From contig CAZYHZ010000001.1 in the NCBI GenBank assembly GCA_964647625.1, positions 94,742 to 158,741 on the forward strand: DNA of 64,000 nt, written 5' to 3'. Numbering within the stretch: position 1 is the stretch's first letter; every line of letters begins with the position of its first letter. The position numbers and the translations under genes were made by a program. The notes below the pieces were generated by a model. The model searched no databases and was not told the origin of the DNA. It worked only from the letters and a program-made list of their open reading frames with translations. Below, piece by piece: positions 1-10,600 of the stretch. The DNA comes from an uncultured Acidobacteriota bacterium (GTDB lineage Bacteria; Acidobacteriota; Polarisedimenticolia; Polarisedimenticolales; DASRJG01).

Positions 1-1173
1 ACCGGAGCGAACGTCATGCTGATGTCGGACGTCAGCGGCAGCAATCCGGGTGTCGCCGGCGCGACCTACACGTTCGATGACGACGCCGCGTCGTCGATGC
101 CCGTGGCGTCGAACGCCGCATCGGGAACGTACAAGCCGACCAACGACAACTCGGGGGGCGCCGACGCGATGCCCGGCCCCGCCCCGGCGGGCCCCTACGG
201 CACGACCCTCTCCGGGGTCGCCGGCGTGTCGCCCAACGGAACGTGGAACCTGTACGTCTTCGACGACGCCGGCGGCGACGTGGGGACGCTCTCGGGCGGC
301 TGGACGCTCACGATGACGACCACGCTCGGAGGCTTCGGCGGCTGCAACGTCACGCCGATCACGATTCCCGCGGGGGCGCCGGGAACGACGTCGGGCCCGG
401 CGAGCTCGTATCCCGCCGGCATCATCCAGGTCTCCGCGGGAGGAGATCTCGATGAATACAAGGTGACCGTCAACCTCGTCGGGCTCACGCACACCTACCC
501 GCGAGACCTGGACGTCCTCCTCGTCGGCCCCGGAGGACAGAACGTGCTGCTGATGTCCGACGCGTCGGGGAACGGCCCCGGCGTCAACGGCGTGACCTAC
601 ACGATCGACGACGATGCGCCGGCCGGCCTCGACCAGCTCAACAACATGCCGACTGGGCGGTACAAGCCGACCGACTTCGAGCCGGGCGACGTGTTCCCGG
701 GACCGGCACCTGCCGGGCCTTATGGGACGACCTTGTCGGTGTTCAAGGGCACGAACCCACTCGGCGGCTGGAAGCTGTTCATCAACGACGACACGGGCGG
801 CGACGTGGGCAGCATGTCCAGCTGGTGCCTGAACCTCCTGACGTCGATCACGGCCGGCGGGGTGCCGGCCCTACGGTGGCTGAACAAGACGACGCTGACC
901 TGGGACGCCGGGCCGAACGCGACGTCCTACGATCTCTACCGCGGCGAGGCGGCAGCGCTGCCCGCTCTGACCGATCAAACCGTCGATGCGTGCTTCCGCG
1001 GGACGACGCTCACGCAACAATTCGCGTCGATCGCAGAGATGCCGGCCCTCGGCACTTTCGAGTGGTTCCTCGTTCGTGGAAACAACGCGCAGGGAGAAGG
1101 CTCGGCCGGGTTCGTGAGGATCCAGGGGCAAGAGCTGTCGCGGATCGTGAACAGCTCGGGGCTGTGCCCGTAA
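1..1173 (+). CDS. secreted protein fragment (5' partial) with two proprotein-convertase P-domain-like units and the shared C-terminal module
   Basis: The frame is open from nt 1: TGANVMLMSD at the window edge parallels GGQNVLLMSD in the second copy. There are two tandem units with P-domain-like strands (GTWNLYVFDDAGGDVGTLSGGWTLTM; GGWKLFINDDTGGDVGSMSSWCLNL). The last 103 aa (862-1170) match the C-terminal module found on six other proteins and end ..SSGLCP-stop. Confidence 0.8.
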   Translation, partial: TGANVMLMSDVSGSNPGVAGATYTFDDDAASSMPVASNAASGTYKPTNDNSGGADAMPGPAPAGPYGTTLSGVAGVSPNGTWNLYVFDDAGGDVGTLSGGWTLTMTTTLGGFGGCNVTPITIPAGAPGTTSGPASSYPAGIIQVSAGGDLDEYKVTVNLVGLTHTYPRDLDVLLVGPGGQNVLLMSDASGNGPGVNGVTYTIDDDAPAGLDQLNNMPTGRYKPTDFEPGDVFPGPAPAGPYGTTLSVFKGTNPLGGWKLFINDDTGGDVGSMSSWCLNLLTSITAGGVPALRWLNKTTLTWDAGPNATSYDLYRGEAAALPALTDQTVDACFRGTTLTQQFASIAEMPALGTFEWFLVRGNNAQGEGSAGFVRIQGQELSRIVNSSGLCP

Positions 1174-1175
1174 GT

Positions 1176-3878
1176 TCAACTTGATGGCTTCCCCGAGCCC
1201 GATGCGAAGTTGCGCTCGAGCTCGGGGAGCCAGTTGAACACGACGTGGAGGCGGCCCGACGTCGGCGTCCGCCGGAACATCAGGAACCGGCCGTCGAGGG
1301 TGAGGTCGTAGTTCGGCGACGAGATGCCGGGCCCGAAATCGTACTCGTCGTTGAACAGCGCCACCGGGCGGCCGAGGCGCGGCTCGCTCCCCCGCCCGTC
1401 GAACGCGGCGGCCATCATCTTCCCGCCGCCGCGGTAGTAGATCTCACGGCCGTCGCGGCTCCAGCGCGTCTGCGCACCGCCGCCTTCCGAGACTTGCCAG
1501 GCGCGGTCCATCGCGGGAAACCGGCGGACGTAGATCTCGGGCTGGCCCGACTCGTTCGACTGGTAGACGACGAAGCGTCCGTCCGGCGAGAGCTGCGCGC
1601 CGCCTTCGTACGCCGGAGTGGCCAGCAGGTCGCGAGGCGGGAACGCACCGTCGATCGAAACGAGCAGAACGTCTCCGGCGGTCTCCGGCCGGATCCTCCC
1701 CTCGAGAATCGTTCCGGGATCGGGCCCGGCCGACGCGGGGTAATCGTTGATCGCGGTGTCGGGAACGCTGCCGCTGCGCCCGCTGCCGTCGGCGGCGATC
1801 CACACCGGCGCCGTATAGGGCCGGTAGATGATGCGCCTGCTGTCCGCGCTCCAGATCGCGAAGCTCGTCCCGAACGTGCCGCTCGCGATCCGCGTTCGCG
1901 TGCCGCGCTCGAAGTCGAGCGCGTCGAGGACCTGCGGGCCCTCGAGCAGCAGACGCTTTCCGTCTCCGGACACGCGCGGCATCCCGTACGCGCCCGGGGG
2001 AAGATCCATCGCCCGCTCGCCGCCGTCGCGGCCGACGGACATCAGCCGCTTGTCGTCGAATTCACGCGGCATGTAGACCAGGGTGCCGGACCTCGAGAGC
2101 TGGAAGGCCAGCGTGCCGTAGAGCGGCGCCGCGAGCTGTGCGGCCGGGGCGATCGCAACCGCCTGTCCGGTGATCGCCGCGGTCGACGCATCGAACGCCG
2201 CCGCCCACACGGCGCCGTCGCGCTCGAAGAGGAGCCGGCCCGTCGGGGACAAGCGCGGCGTCGATGCGTTCTCGATGACGACCGAGCGCGCGCCGTCCCT
2301 CAGCGAGAGCGATTCGATCCGCGACTGCCCCACATTGCTCGACAGGCTCGCGAACAGGAGCCGCCCTGTTCCCGGAAGCTCGACCGGGTCGGTGTGCAAG
2401 ACCTCTCGCCGCGCGGGGTCGAGCTTGGTCAACCGTGCGGCCGGGCCGCCCGCGAGGGGCACCCGCCAGATCTCTCCTGCGGAGAGGTAATAGATGTCGC
2501 GCTCGCCCCAGCAGACGCTGTTCCGCAGGTCGGCGCCGCTCGCGAGGACACTGCTCTGCTGATCGGCGAGCGAGACGCGCACGATCCGCCCGCTGCCGGG
2601 CACCAGGGCGACGCTTTGGCCATCCGGCGAGAACGTCGCGGCGTTCACGCCCGACAAGCCCTTGATCTCGATCGCGTCGGGGCGATCGAAGGCGCGGATG
2701 TACAGCCGCCGCTGGCCTTCTTTGAACCCGATCATCGCGATCGAGCGGCCGTCGGGTGAGATCGCGAGCCCCGCGGGGACGCGGGTCACGAGCTCGACAC
2801 CGTCGGGAAGCGACAGCTCGACGTGCGTCGGCCCCGCGGCGCCGGCGCGAGACGCCGAGGCGCGCGGCGATGCGAACAGCACCCAGCCCGCGACGGCCAG
2901 CGCGAGGGCGGCGAGGGCCCAAGGCAGCGCGCTCGTCCACGCTCGGCGCGGCTTCCCGATCGACGGCGGCCCATCGACCGTGGACGCAGGCGGTGCCGCC
3001 GCGGCCTCCGCGAGCGCGATGCGCGCGTCGCCGATGTCGCGCAATCGATTCTTCGGATCGCGCTCGAGGCATCGTCGAAGCAGCTTGCGGACTTCGGCGG
3101 GCGTCGATGGCGGCAGGCGGTCGAGATCGATCGTCCGCATCAGCACGTGCGCCAGCGTCTCGGGAACGGTCGGCGCGTCGAACAGCCGCCCGCCGCCGAG
3201 CATCTCGTAGAGCACCACGCCGAACGCCCAGATGTCGGCCCGCTTGTCGACCGCGGCGCCTTTCGCCTGCTCCGGCGCCATGTAGGCCGCCGTGCCGAGG
3301 ATGATGCCGAGCGCGGTCCCGCCCGCCGCGGTCAGCGTCGGCGAGTTCATCGGCGCGGGCGATCCCGAAGGCGACGACGCGGACCCTGCCGGGTCGACCG
3401 CCTTCGCGAGGCCGAAATCGAGCACCTTCACCGTGCCGCCGGCGGCGAGCTTGATGTTCTGCGGCTTGAGGTCGCGGTGCACGATCCCCTTCTCGTGCGC
3501 CGCCTCGAGCGCCTCGGCGACTTGCCGCGCGATCGACAGGCACTCCTCGAGCGGCAGCGTCCCCCGCTCCAGCCTCTCCGCGAGCGTCGGTCCCTCGACC
3601 AATTCCATGACGAGCGCGAGCACGCCGTTCGACTCTTCGAAGCCGAAGATCGAGGCGATGTGCGGGTGATGGAGCTGTGCCAGGACCTGCGCTTCGCGCT
3701 CGAAGCGCGCCACGCGCTCGGCGTCCTCGCCGAACGCCGCCGGGAGGACCTTGATGGCGACGTCGCGCTTGAGGCGAGGATCGCTCGCGCGCCAGACCTC
3801 GCCCATGCCGCCGGCGCCCAGCTTCGCGGTGATCTCGTACGGTCCCAACCGGGAGCCGATCAAAGTGGACTCCGACAA
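1176..3878 (-). CDS. Hanks-type Ser/Thr protein kinase with TM helix and TolB-like PD40 beta-propeller
   Basis: Kinase motifs are present: G-loop LGAGGMGEVW, VAIK lysine, catalytic HRDLKPQN, DFGLA and APE. A TM segment (WALAALALAVAGWVLF) follows, then repeated PD40 motifs (ISPDGRSIA, FSPDGQSVA, LSPDGRFVVYQSNESGQPEIYV, WSRDGREIYY). The start is TTG at 3878, and a later in-frame TTG is also possible. Confidence 0.9.
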   Translation of the reverse strand: MSESTLIGSRLGPYEITAKLGAGGMGEVWRASDPRLKRDVAIKVLPAAFGEDAERVARFEREAQVLAQLHHPHIASIFGFEESNGVLALVMELVEGPTLAERLERGTLPLEECLSIARQVAEALEAAHEKGIVHRDLKPQNIKLAAGGTVKVLDFGLAKAVDPAGSASSPSGSPAPMNSPTLTAAGGTALGIILGTAAYMAPEQAKGAAVDKRADIWAFGVVLYEMLGGGRLFDAPTVPETLAHVLMRTIDLDRLPPSTPAEVRKLLRRCLERDPKNRLRDIGDARIALAEAAAAPPASTVDGPPSIGKPRRAWTSALPWALAALALAVAGWVLFASPRASASRAGAAGPTHVELSLPDGVELVTRVPAGLAISPDGRSIAMIGFKEGQRRLYIRAFDRPDAIEIKGLSGVNAATFSPDGQSVALVPGSGRIVRVSLADQQSSVLASGADLRNSVCWGERDIYYLSAGEIWRVPLAGGPAARLTKLDPARREVLHTDPVELPGTGRLLFASLSSNVGQSRIESLSLRDGARSVVIENASTPRLSPTGRLLFERDGAVWAAAFDASTAAITGQAVAIAPAAQLAAPLYGTLAFQLSRSGTLVYMPREFDDKRLMSVGRDGGERAMDLPPGAYGMPRVSGDGKRLLLEGPQVLDALDFERGTRTRIASGTFGTSFAIWSADSRRIIYRPYTAPVWIAADGSGRSGSVPDTAINDYPASAGPDPGTILEGRIRPETAGDVLLVSIDGAFPPRDLLATPAYEGGAQLSPDGRFVVYQSNESGQPEIYVRRFPAMDRAWQVSEGGGAQTRWSRDGREIYYRGGGKMMAAAFDGRGSEPRLGRPVALFNDEYDFGPGISSPNYDLTLDGRFLMFRRTPTSGRLHVVFNWLPELERNFASGSGKPSS

Positions 3879-3945
3879 CGATCGTCCGCGGAAATGGACT
3901 GGCTCGTCGCGCGTATTCTAGGGCAAGCCCTTGCAAGGAGCGGCC

Positions 3946-4812
3946 ATGGAATCGATCAGAAGCCAGGCCCGGCGCGCCGGGCTGCTCTACATCTTCGCCG
4001 GCTCGATGGCGCCCTTCGCCTATCTGTACGTCCCCAGCAAGCTTCTGGTCGTGGGCGACGCCTTGGCGACTGCGGAGCGCGTGCGTGCGTCGGAAGGCCT
4101 GCTCCGCGCCGCGGTCGTCTGCGAGTTGTACGGCGCGACGGTGCTCCTGTTCGCAGCCTTGGCACTCAACGAGCTGTTCAAGAGAGTCGACCGGAAGCTG
4201 TCGACCGTCATGACCGCCATGATGCTGGTGTCCGTGCCGATCTCGTACGTCAACACGCTCGCTCACATCGCGCCGCTCGTTCTCCTCAAGACCTCGGCGA
4301 TCGCATCTTCGCTGGGGCCGGGGGCGGCGGCGGCTTCGGTGATGCTCTGCCTGCGGCTCCACGACTACGGGCTCATCGTGAATCAGATCTTCTGGGGGCT
4401 GTGGCTGATTCCGGTCGGCATCCTCGTCATACGGTCGCAGTTCATCCCGCGCTGGCTGGGTTACCCGCTTTTCGTCGCCGGCGGCGGCTACGTGCTGAAC
4501 TCGCTGGGGATGCTCGTCCTGCCGCCGTCGGTCCGATGGATCACGGATTCCTTGCAGGCCCTGGGTGTGGGCGAGATGCCGTTCTTCAGCTTCTATCTTC
4601 TTATTTGGGGCGCCCGCGGATACGCTGTGGACCGGCTCGCGGCGGTCCTGGTCGTTATTTTCTTCGTCATCGGAACCGCGGGAACAGGGCTCTTGCTTCT
4701 CAATCGGATCGCCCCGGCCCAGTATGAAGCCTTCGTGTTGACGTCCCTGGCCGTCGCCATCGTGCTCGTCATGCGCTGGCGGTCGGAGGCCCGGGCCGAA
4801 TCGCGACCTTGA
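3946..4812 (+). CDS. DUF4386-like integral membrane protein
   Basis: ATG at 3946 lies 6 nt after AAGGAG (3934-3939). The N-terminus ARRAGLLYIFAG....VPSKLLVVGDALATAERVRASEGLLR and the multi-TM body match my memory of the DUF4386 family pattern. The TTG at 3931 given by the ORF track is less likely. Confidence 0.75.
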   Translation: MESIRSQARRAGLLYIFAGSMAPFAYLYVPSKLLVVGDALATAERVRASEGLLRAAVVCELYGATVLLFAALALNELFKRVDRKLSTVMTAMMLVSVPISYVNTLAHIAPLVLLKTSAIASSLGPGAAAASVMLCLRLHDYGLIVNQIFWGLWLIPVGILVIRSQFIPRWLGYPLFVAGGGYVLNSLGMLVLPPSVRWITDSLQALGVGEMPFFSFYLLIWGARGYAVDRLAAVLVVIFFVIGTAGTGLLLLNRIAPAQYEAFVLTSLAVAIVLVMRWRSEARAESRP

Positions 4813-5845
4813 TCACGCCGTCCTGACGGCTGCCGAACAGAGCGTACGCGTCGCGGATGTCACGGAGCGCGAAGCGGTGCGTGAGGAGCGGGGTGAGATC
4901 GATCCGGCCCGCCTGGACGAGGGTCATCAAACGGCGCATCCGTTCCTTGCCGCCCGGACAGAGGGTCGTGACGATGCGATGGTCGCCGAGCCCTGCGGCG
5001 AACGCCTCGTACGGGAGTTGGAGCTTGCCCGAGTAGACGCCCAGGCTCGAGAGCGTCCCTCCCGGTCTCAGGCTGCGGAGGGCGCTCTCGAACGTCGACT
5101 GCGCGCCGAGGGCCTCGATCGCCACGTCCACGCCCCCCTTGGCCAGCTTCCGTACGGCCTCGACGGGGTCCTCGCGCCGGAAGTCGACCACCGCGTCGGC
5201 GCCCATCGTCTTCGCCACCGCGAGCCGCTTGTCGTCGCCGTCGATCGCGATGATGAGCGACGCGCCCATCAGCCGCGCCCCCGCCGTCGCGCACAACCCG
5301 ATCGGCCCTTGCGCGAACACGGCGACGGAATCCCCGAGGCGGACGCCGCCGGACTCCGCGCCGGAGAGCCCCGTCGAGGCGATGTCGGCGAGCAGCACGA
5401 CTTGCTCGTCGGTCAGGTCGTCCGGGATCTTCGCCAGGTTGGCCTGTGCGTGAGGGATGCGGACGTACTCCGCCTGGGCGCCGTTCATCGTGTTGCCGAG
5501 GCGCCAGCCCCCGATCGCTTCGTATGCCTCGCCGTGCCCGCATTGCGAGAGCTGCCCCGACAGGCAGGCGCCGCACTGCCCGCACGGCGTGATTGCGCCG
5601 ACGAGCACGCGGTCTCCGACCTCGTATCCGGTGACGCCGCCGCCGATCTCGTCGATGGTGCCCACCGTCTCGTGGCCGATGATGCGCCCCGGCGCGACCG
5701 GATACTCGCCCCGGACGATATGAAGGTCCGTGCCGCAAATCGTCGTCAGCGAGACGCGCACGATCGCCTCCCCGGCCTGCGCGTGCGGACGCTCGACGTC
5801 CTCGATCCCGAACCGGTCGACCCCACGGAACACGTTGGCGATCAT
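4769..5845 (-). CDS. zinc-dependent alcohol dehydrogenase (MDR superfamily)
   Basis: The catalytic zinc ligands are in context (CGTDLH, GHETVG), the structural zinc cysteines are present (CGQCGACLSGQLSQC), and there is a Rossmann motif (VFAQGPIGL). The 3' end overlaps the convergent DUF4386 gene by 44 nt. Confidence 0.9.
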   Translation of the reverse strand: MIANVFRGVDRFGIEDVERPHAQAGEAIVRVSLTTICGTDLHIVRGEYPVAPGRIIGHETVGTIDEIGGGVTGYEVGDRVLVGAITPCGQCGACLSGQLSQCGHGEAYEAIGGWRLGNTMNGAQAEYVRIPHAQANLAKIPDDLTDEQVVLLADIASTGLSGAESGGVRLGDSVAVFAQGPIGLCATAGARLMGASLIIAIDGDDKRLAVAKTMGADAVVDFRREDPVEAVRKLAKGGVDVAIEALGAQSTFESALRSLRPGGTLSSLGVYSGKLQLPYEAFAAGLGDHRIVTTLCPGGKERMRRLMTLVQAGRIDLTPLLTHRFALRDIRDAYALFGSRQDGVIKVAIRPGPPTASA

Positions 5846-5971
5846 CGGCGCCTCCCGCGTGCGGTCTGAGATCTACCGATAGCATCGCGGCTTGGCGCAA
5901 TCCAAGAGATTGACGACCGTTCGTATCCGTTTTCCGGGTGGCGTGGGAGTAGAATCCGCGCGGGACCTACG

Positions 5972-7648
5972 TTGCCGCCGCTTCCGAAATCGATCGAATG
6001 CCTGCGCCACTACGACCGGCGCACGTTCGTTGCGGATCTGATCGCGGGCGTCACCGTCGGCTTCGTCGCGCTGCCCCTCGCGATGGCCTTCGCGATCGCC
6101 TCCGGCTTGAAGCCCGAGCAGGGCATCTACTGCGCCATCGTCACCGGATTCCTGATCTCGGCGCTCGGCGGATCGCGCTGCCAGATCGGAGGGCCGACCG
6201 GCGCGTTCGTCGTCGTGATCGCCGGCATCGTGCAGCGCCACGGCGTCGACGGATTGTTCACATGCACGCTGATGGCCGGCCTCATGCTGGTCGCGCTCGG
6301 CGCGACGGGGATGGGATCGGCGGTGAAGTTCATCCCCCGGCCGGTGGTCGTCGGGTTCACGAACGGGATCGCCGTCCTGATCGCGAGCACGCAGATTCGC
6401 GATTTCCTGGGCCTGCGCGTCGATGCAGTCCCGAGCGACTTCGTGGGGCGGCTTCGCGTGCTCGCGACGCACCTCGGCTCGGCGTCTTCCGCCGCGGTGG
6501 CGATCGCCGCGGGAAGCGTCGTGCTCATCTTCGTCACGCGCCGCTACGCGCCCAGGATCTCGGGGACGGTGCTGTCGCTCGTCATCGGAACGATCTTGGT
6601 CGGCTGGTGGCGGCTCCCCGTCGAGACGATCGGCACCCGATTCGGCGGGATCCCTTCGGGGCTGCCGTCGTTCAACGTTCCCGTGCTGCGACCCGAGCTT
6701 CTGCTGCCGTTGCTTTCGCCCGCGCTGACCGTCGCGATGCTCGGCGCGATCGAGTCGCTACTTTCCGCGGTCGTGGCCGATCGGATGTCGGGCGACCGCC
6801 ACAACCCCAACGTCGAGCTGGTGGCGCAAGGGATCGCCAACATCGCGTCCCCCTTGTTCGGAGGCCTGCCCGCGACCGGGGCGATCGCCCGCACGGCGAC
6901 GAACATCCGCACCGGCGCGAAGACTCCGGTGGCGGGGATGATCCACGCGCTGACCCTGCTCCTGATCCTCCTGTTCGCCGCGCCGCTCGCACGGAACGTC
7001 CCGATGGCGGCGATGGCGGGAATCCTGATGGTCGTCTCGTACACGATGGGCGAGTGGAAGCAGATCCCCGATCTGCTTCGCCTCACCAAGGCGGAGATCG
7101 CCGTCTGGATCGCGACGTTCGCGCTGACCGTCTTCGCCGACCTCACGGTCGCCGTCGAGGCGGGGATGATCCTCTCAGTGCTCCTGTTCATCCGCAACGT
7201 CGCCCAGACGACGACCGTCTCGCGGGTGACCGAGGACTACGTCCGCGACGGATACGCGCACACGCTCCAGGACAAGGACATCCCGGATTTCGTCGCGATC
7301 TTCCGGATCCACGGGCCATTCCTGTTCGGCGCGACCGACAAGATCGACGAGATCGCAGTCCACATCGACGCGCTGCCCCCGATCGTGATACTCAGGCTTC
7401 GCAACATGACGGCGATCGATTCGACCGGGATCTTGGCACTCGAAGAGCTGTCCGAGCGCCTCGCAGCCTCGGGTCGCACGCTGATCTTGTGCGGAGCGCG
7501 CTCTCAGCCGTCGGCCCTGATCCGGCGCGCCGGGTTCGAGAGGCGAGTCGGAGCCGAGAATATCTGCGAGAACGTGATGGACGCGCTCACGCGGGCGCGG
7601 AGCCTCCGCGCGGCGGCCCTCACGGACACGCCCCACCCGACGCGTTGA
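5972..7648 (+). CDS. SulP-family anion (sulfate/bicarbonate) permease with C-terminal STAS domain
   Basis: The N-terminus DLIAGVTVGFVALPLAMAFAIASGL and the polytopic body are typical of SulP. The C-terminal STAS-like segment reads FRIHGPFLFGATDKI....ILRLRNMTAIDSTGILALEEL. The start is TTG at 5972. Confidence 0.9.
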   Translation: MPPLPKSIECLRHYDRRTFVADLIAGVTVGFVALPLAMAFAIASGLKPEQGIYCAIVTGFLISALGGSRCQIGGPTGAFVVVIAGIVQRHGVDGLFTCTLMAGLMLVALGATGMGSAVKFIPRPVVVGFTNGIAVLIASTQIRDFLGLRVDAVPSDFVGRLRVLATHLGSASSAAVAIAAGSVVLIFVTRRYAPRISGTVLSLVIGTILVGWWRLPVETIGTRFGGIPSGLPSFNVPVLRPELLLPLLSPALTVAMLGAIESLLSAVVADRMSGDRHNPNVELVAQGIANIASPLFGGLPATGAIARTATNIRTGAKTPVAGMIHALTLLLILLFAAPLARNVPMAAMAGILMVVSYTMGEWKQIPDLLRLTKAEIAVWIATFALTVFADLTVAVEAGMILSVLLFIRNVAQTTTVSRVTEDYVRDGYAHTLQDKDIPDFVAIFRIHGPFLFGATDKIDEIAVHIDALPPIVILRLRNMTAIDSTGILALEELSERLAASGRTLILCGARSQPSALIRRAGFERRVGAENICENVMDALTRARSLRAAALTDTPHPTR

Positions 7649-10600
7649 TCTCCGTGTCGCGGCCCCCTGTCTGACTCGGAACGCCCTCGTCGTAGCTTCC
7701 GTTTCCGCTGCACGTGCTCACCGCGCGGATCAGATACCACGATCCGTCGCCGGCAGCGGGCGACGCGGGGTCGTTGACGACCGTCGACGCGGTGTCGTTC
7801 GCCAGACAGGTCGACGTGCTCGTCGTGAAGTTGCCCGAGGTCGCGCGCAGCACGTCGACGCTTCCGCTGACAACGTCGTAACCGGTGACGCCGCTCGCGG
7901 CCGCCCACGTCAGCTGTGCCGATGACCCGCTCTTGGCCATGCTGAGCGACGGCTTCGCGGCCGGCGGCGGGATGCCGTCGTCGACGAGACCGTTGCAATC
8001 GTCATCGATGCCGTTGCACGTCTCGACGGCGCCCGGGTGCACGGTGGGATCGTCGTCGTTGCAGTCGCCCTGGCATTCCGAGTAGCCGTCGCCGTCGTTG
8101 TCGAGAAACTGGCCCAGCGCGTACCGGCCTCCGGAGCCGAGCACCGACGCATCGTCCTGGCCGCCCCACACCAGCATGAAGCTCCCGGTCCACGCGGCGC
8201 GGTGGTCGTACCGCGGCGAAGGCGCGCTCGCGCCGGAGACGGTGAGCCACGTGTCACTCGCCGGGTCGTACCGCCCGCCCGTGCCGATCGCCCCGGCGGA
8301 GTTCTGCCCGCCCCACACGACCATGACGCTCCTCGCCCAGACGGCGCTCTGCAGATAGCGGATGCTCGGGGCCCCCGTGAGCGACGTTCCGGCCCAGGTG
8401 TTCGTCGCCGGGTTGTAACGGCCGCCCGAGTTGAGATAGTCGCTGCCGTAGCCGCCCCACACGACCATGACGCTTCCGGTCCAGACGGCGGTGTGGTTGT
8501 ACCGCGCCACGGGAGCGCTCGTCGTCGACGTCGTCGACCACGTATCGCTGCCGGGATCGTAGCGGCCGCCCGTGTTCACGCCACCGGCCGAGTACCCACC
8601 CCAGACGACCATGGCGCTGCCGGACCAGATCGCCGTGTGGAGGTAGCGTGCCGACGGCGCGGAGGACGTCGAGACGTTTGTCCAGGTCCCGGAGCCGGGA
8701 TCGTAGACGCCGCCCGTGCCGAGAGGCGCGACGTCGTAGCCGCCCCAGACGATCATTCGAGCTCCCGTCCAGATCGCCGTGTGATCCTTGCGGGCGGACG
8801 GCGCGCCGGTGGTCTCCGTCGCGGTCCATGAGTTCGCCGCGGGGTCGTAGACTCCGCCCGTGTTGACGACCGCGAACGAGGTGCCGCCCCAGACGATCAT
8901 CTTCGTGCCGGTCCAGACGGCCGAGTGCCGGGAGCGTCCCGCCGGCGCGAACGCGGTCGCCATCGCCGCCCACGAATCCGTGAGCGGGTCGTAGCGGCCT
9001 CCGGTATTGAAGGCGGACGTCCCGTCGCTCCCGCCCCAGACGATCATCTGCGTTCCGGTCCACACCGCCGTGTGGTTCGCGCGCCGCGACGGCGCCGCCG
9101 TGACCAGCGTCGGCGTCCAGGTGTCGCTCGACGGATCGTAGCGCCCGCCGCTATTGAGTCCGGCCGCGCTTCCCGCTGTGCCTCCCCACACGATCATCAG
9201 CGATCCGGTCCAGACGGCGGTGTGACTGTTCCGTCCCGGCGGCGCGTTCGTCGCACTGGTCGGCGTCCAGCTATCGGTGGATGGGTCGTATCGCCCGCCG
9301 GTGTCGCGCGCGCTCGACGTCGCGTCCATGCCGCCCCAGACGATCATCGAAGATCCGGTCCAGACGGCGATGTGCCCGGAGCGGCCCGCCGGCGCCCCGG
9401 TCGGGGACACCGGCGTCCACGAATCCGAGGCGGGCGTATACCGCCCGCCGTTGCCGAGATAGCTCGTGCCGTCGGATCCGCCCCAGACGATCATCGTGGA
9501 TCCGGTCCACACCGCCGTGTGGTCGGACCGAACCGACGGCGCTCCGGCGATCGCGGTCGTCACCCAGGTATTCGTGACGGGGTCGTAGCGCCCGCCCGAA
9601 TTCATCGCGCTGCCGTTCGATCCACCCCAGACGATCATCGACGTCCCGGCCCAGACGGCCGTGTGGTCGGTCCTTCCGGCGGGCGCGCCCGCGATCGCGG
9701 TGCCGGTCCAGGTGTTCGAGCCGGGAGAGTACCTGCCGCCTGTCCCGAGGTAGGACGTGCCGTCGTAGCCGCCCCAGACCACCATCACCGAGCCGGTCCA
9801 CACGGCCGTGTGACCGCCGCGCAGCGCCGGGGCGCCGGTGGCCGCGACCGCGGTCCAGGAATCCGACGAAGGATCGTATCGCCCGCCCGTATCGAGATAG
9901 CTCGTCCCGTCGTATCCGCCCCACACGACGAGCGCGCTGCCCGTCCAGACGGCCGTGTGAAGGCTTCGAGGCGATGGCGCGCCCACGAGCGAGATCGGGG
10001 ACCACGTGTTGGTGGCGGGATCGTAGCGCGCACCGGAATTCAGATAGCCGCCCCCGAATCCGCCCCAGACGATCATCGTCGTCCCGGTCCACGTCGCGGT
10101 GTGATCGGAGCGAGGGTCCGGGATCGAATCGAGCGTGCCGTTGCTCCATGTGTCGTCGGCGACGCACGTGGACGTGAAGGGTTGCGCCGTCGCGTCGATC
10201 GCGAGCGGCACGCCCGCGTCGGCGACCGTGCGAACGGACGACGCATCGAGCCCGTCTCGCACGGACGGCCACCACGAATCCCACGCCCGTTTGCGAACGG
10301 TCCACGTGGCGACACGAAACCGGTCCGCGCGCCCGTCCAGGACCTCCCGGATGACGAAGGCGTCGTCGGTTTCCTCGATCGCGCCCACGACGCCGGGAGC
10401 CGCGGGCGCCCGCGCGATCGTGACGATCGAAAGACGCGGATCGCGATCGACCGGGTCGCGTCCGGGTGTCAGGAGGTCCCGGCGAAGAGCCTCCGCCTCC
10501 GCGCGCGCATCGCCGTGCACGCGCATGTCCGATGCGAAGAAACCGCGCACGAGCCGATCCACGAGAATCGGACGCACGAAACACTCCTGGATGACGAGGG

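Noticed and set aside
2062-4362. A 766-aa ORF on the minus strand, plus 1245-2759(+) and 2823-4727(+), overlapping the kinase and DUF4386 genes.
   Set aside because: Their Arg/Gly/Ala/Pro-dominated, low-complexity translations are typical of off-frame or antisense reading of very GC-rich coding DNA. They contain no motifs, while the kinase frame carries complete catalytic motifs.
5998-7674. A second 558-aa ORF, offset from the SulP gene on the same strand.
   Set aside because: Its translation is Arg-rich and non-hydrophobic, whereas the 5972 frame gives a textbook polytopic SulP-STAS protein.
8110-10106. A regular ~150-nt periodicity with conserved cores, which might be mistaken for a CRISPR array or satellite.
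   Set aside because: The conserved cores are codons for MIVWGG / GGRYDP within one long open frame. The 'spacers' are also conserved protein sequence, there are no short palindromic repeats, and there are no cas genes.
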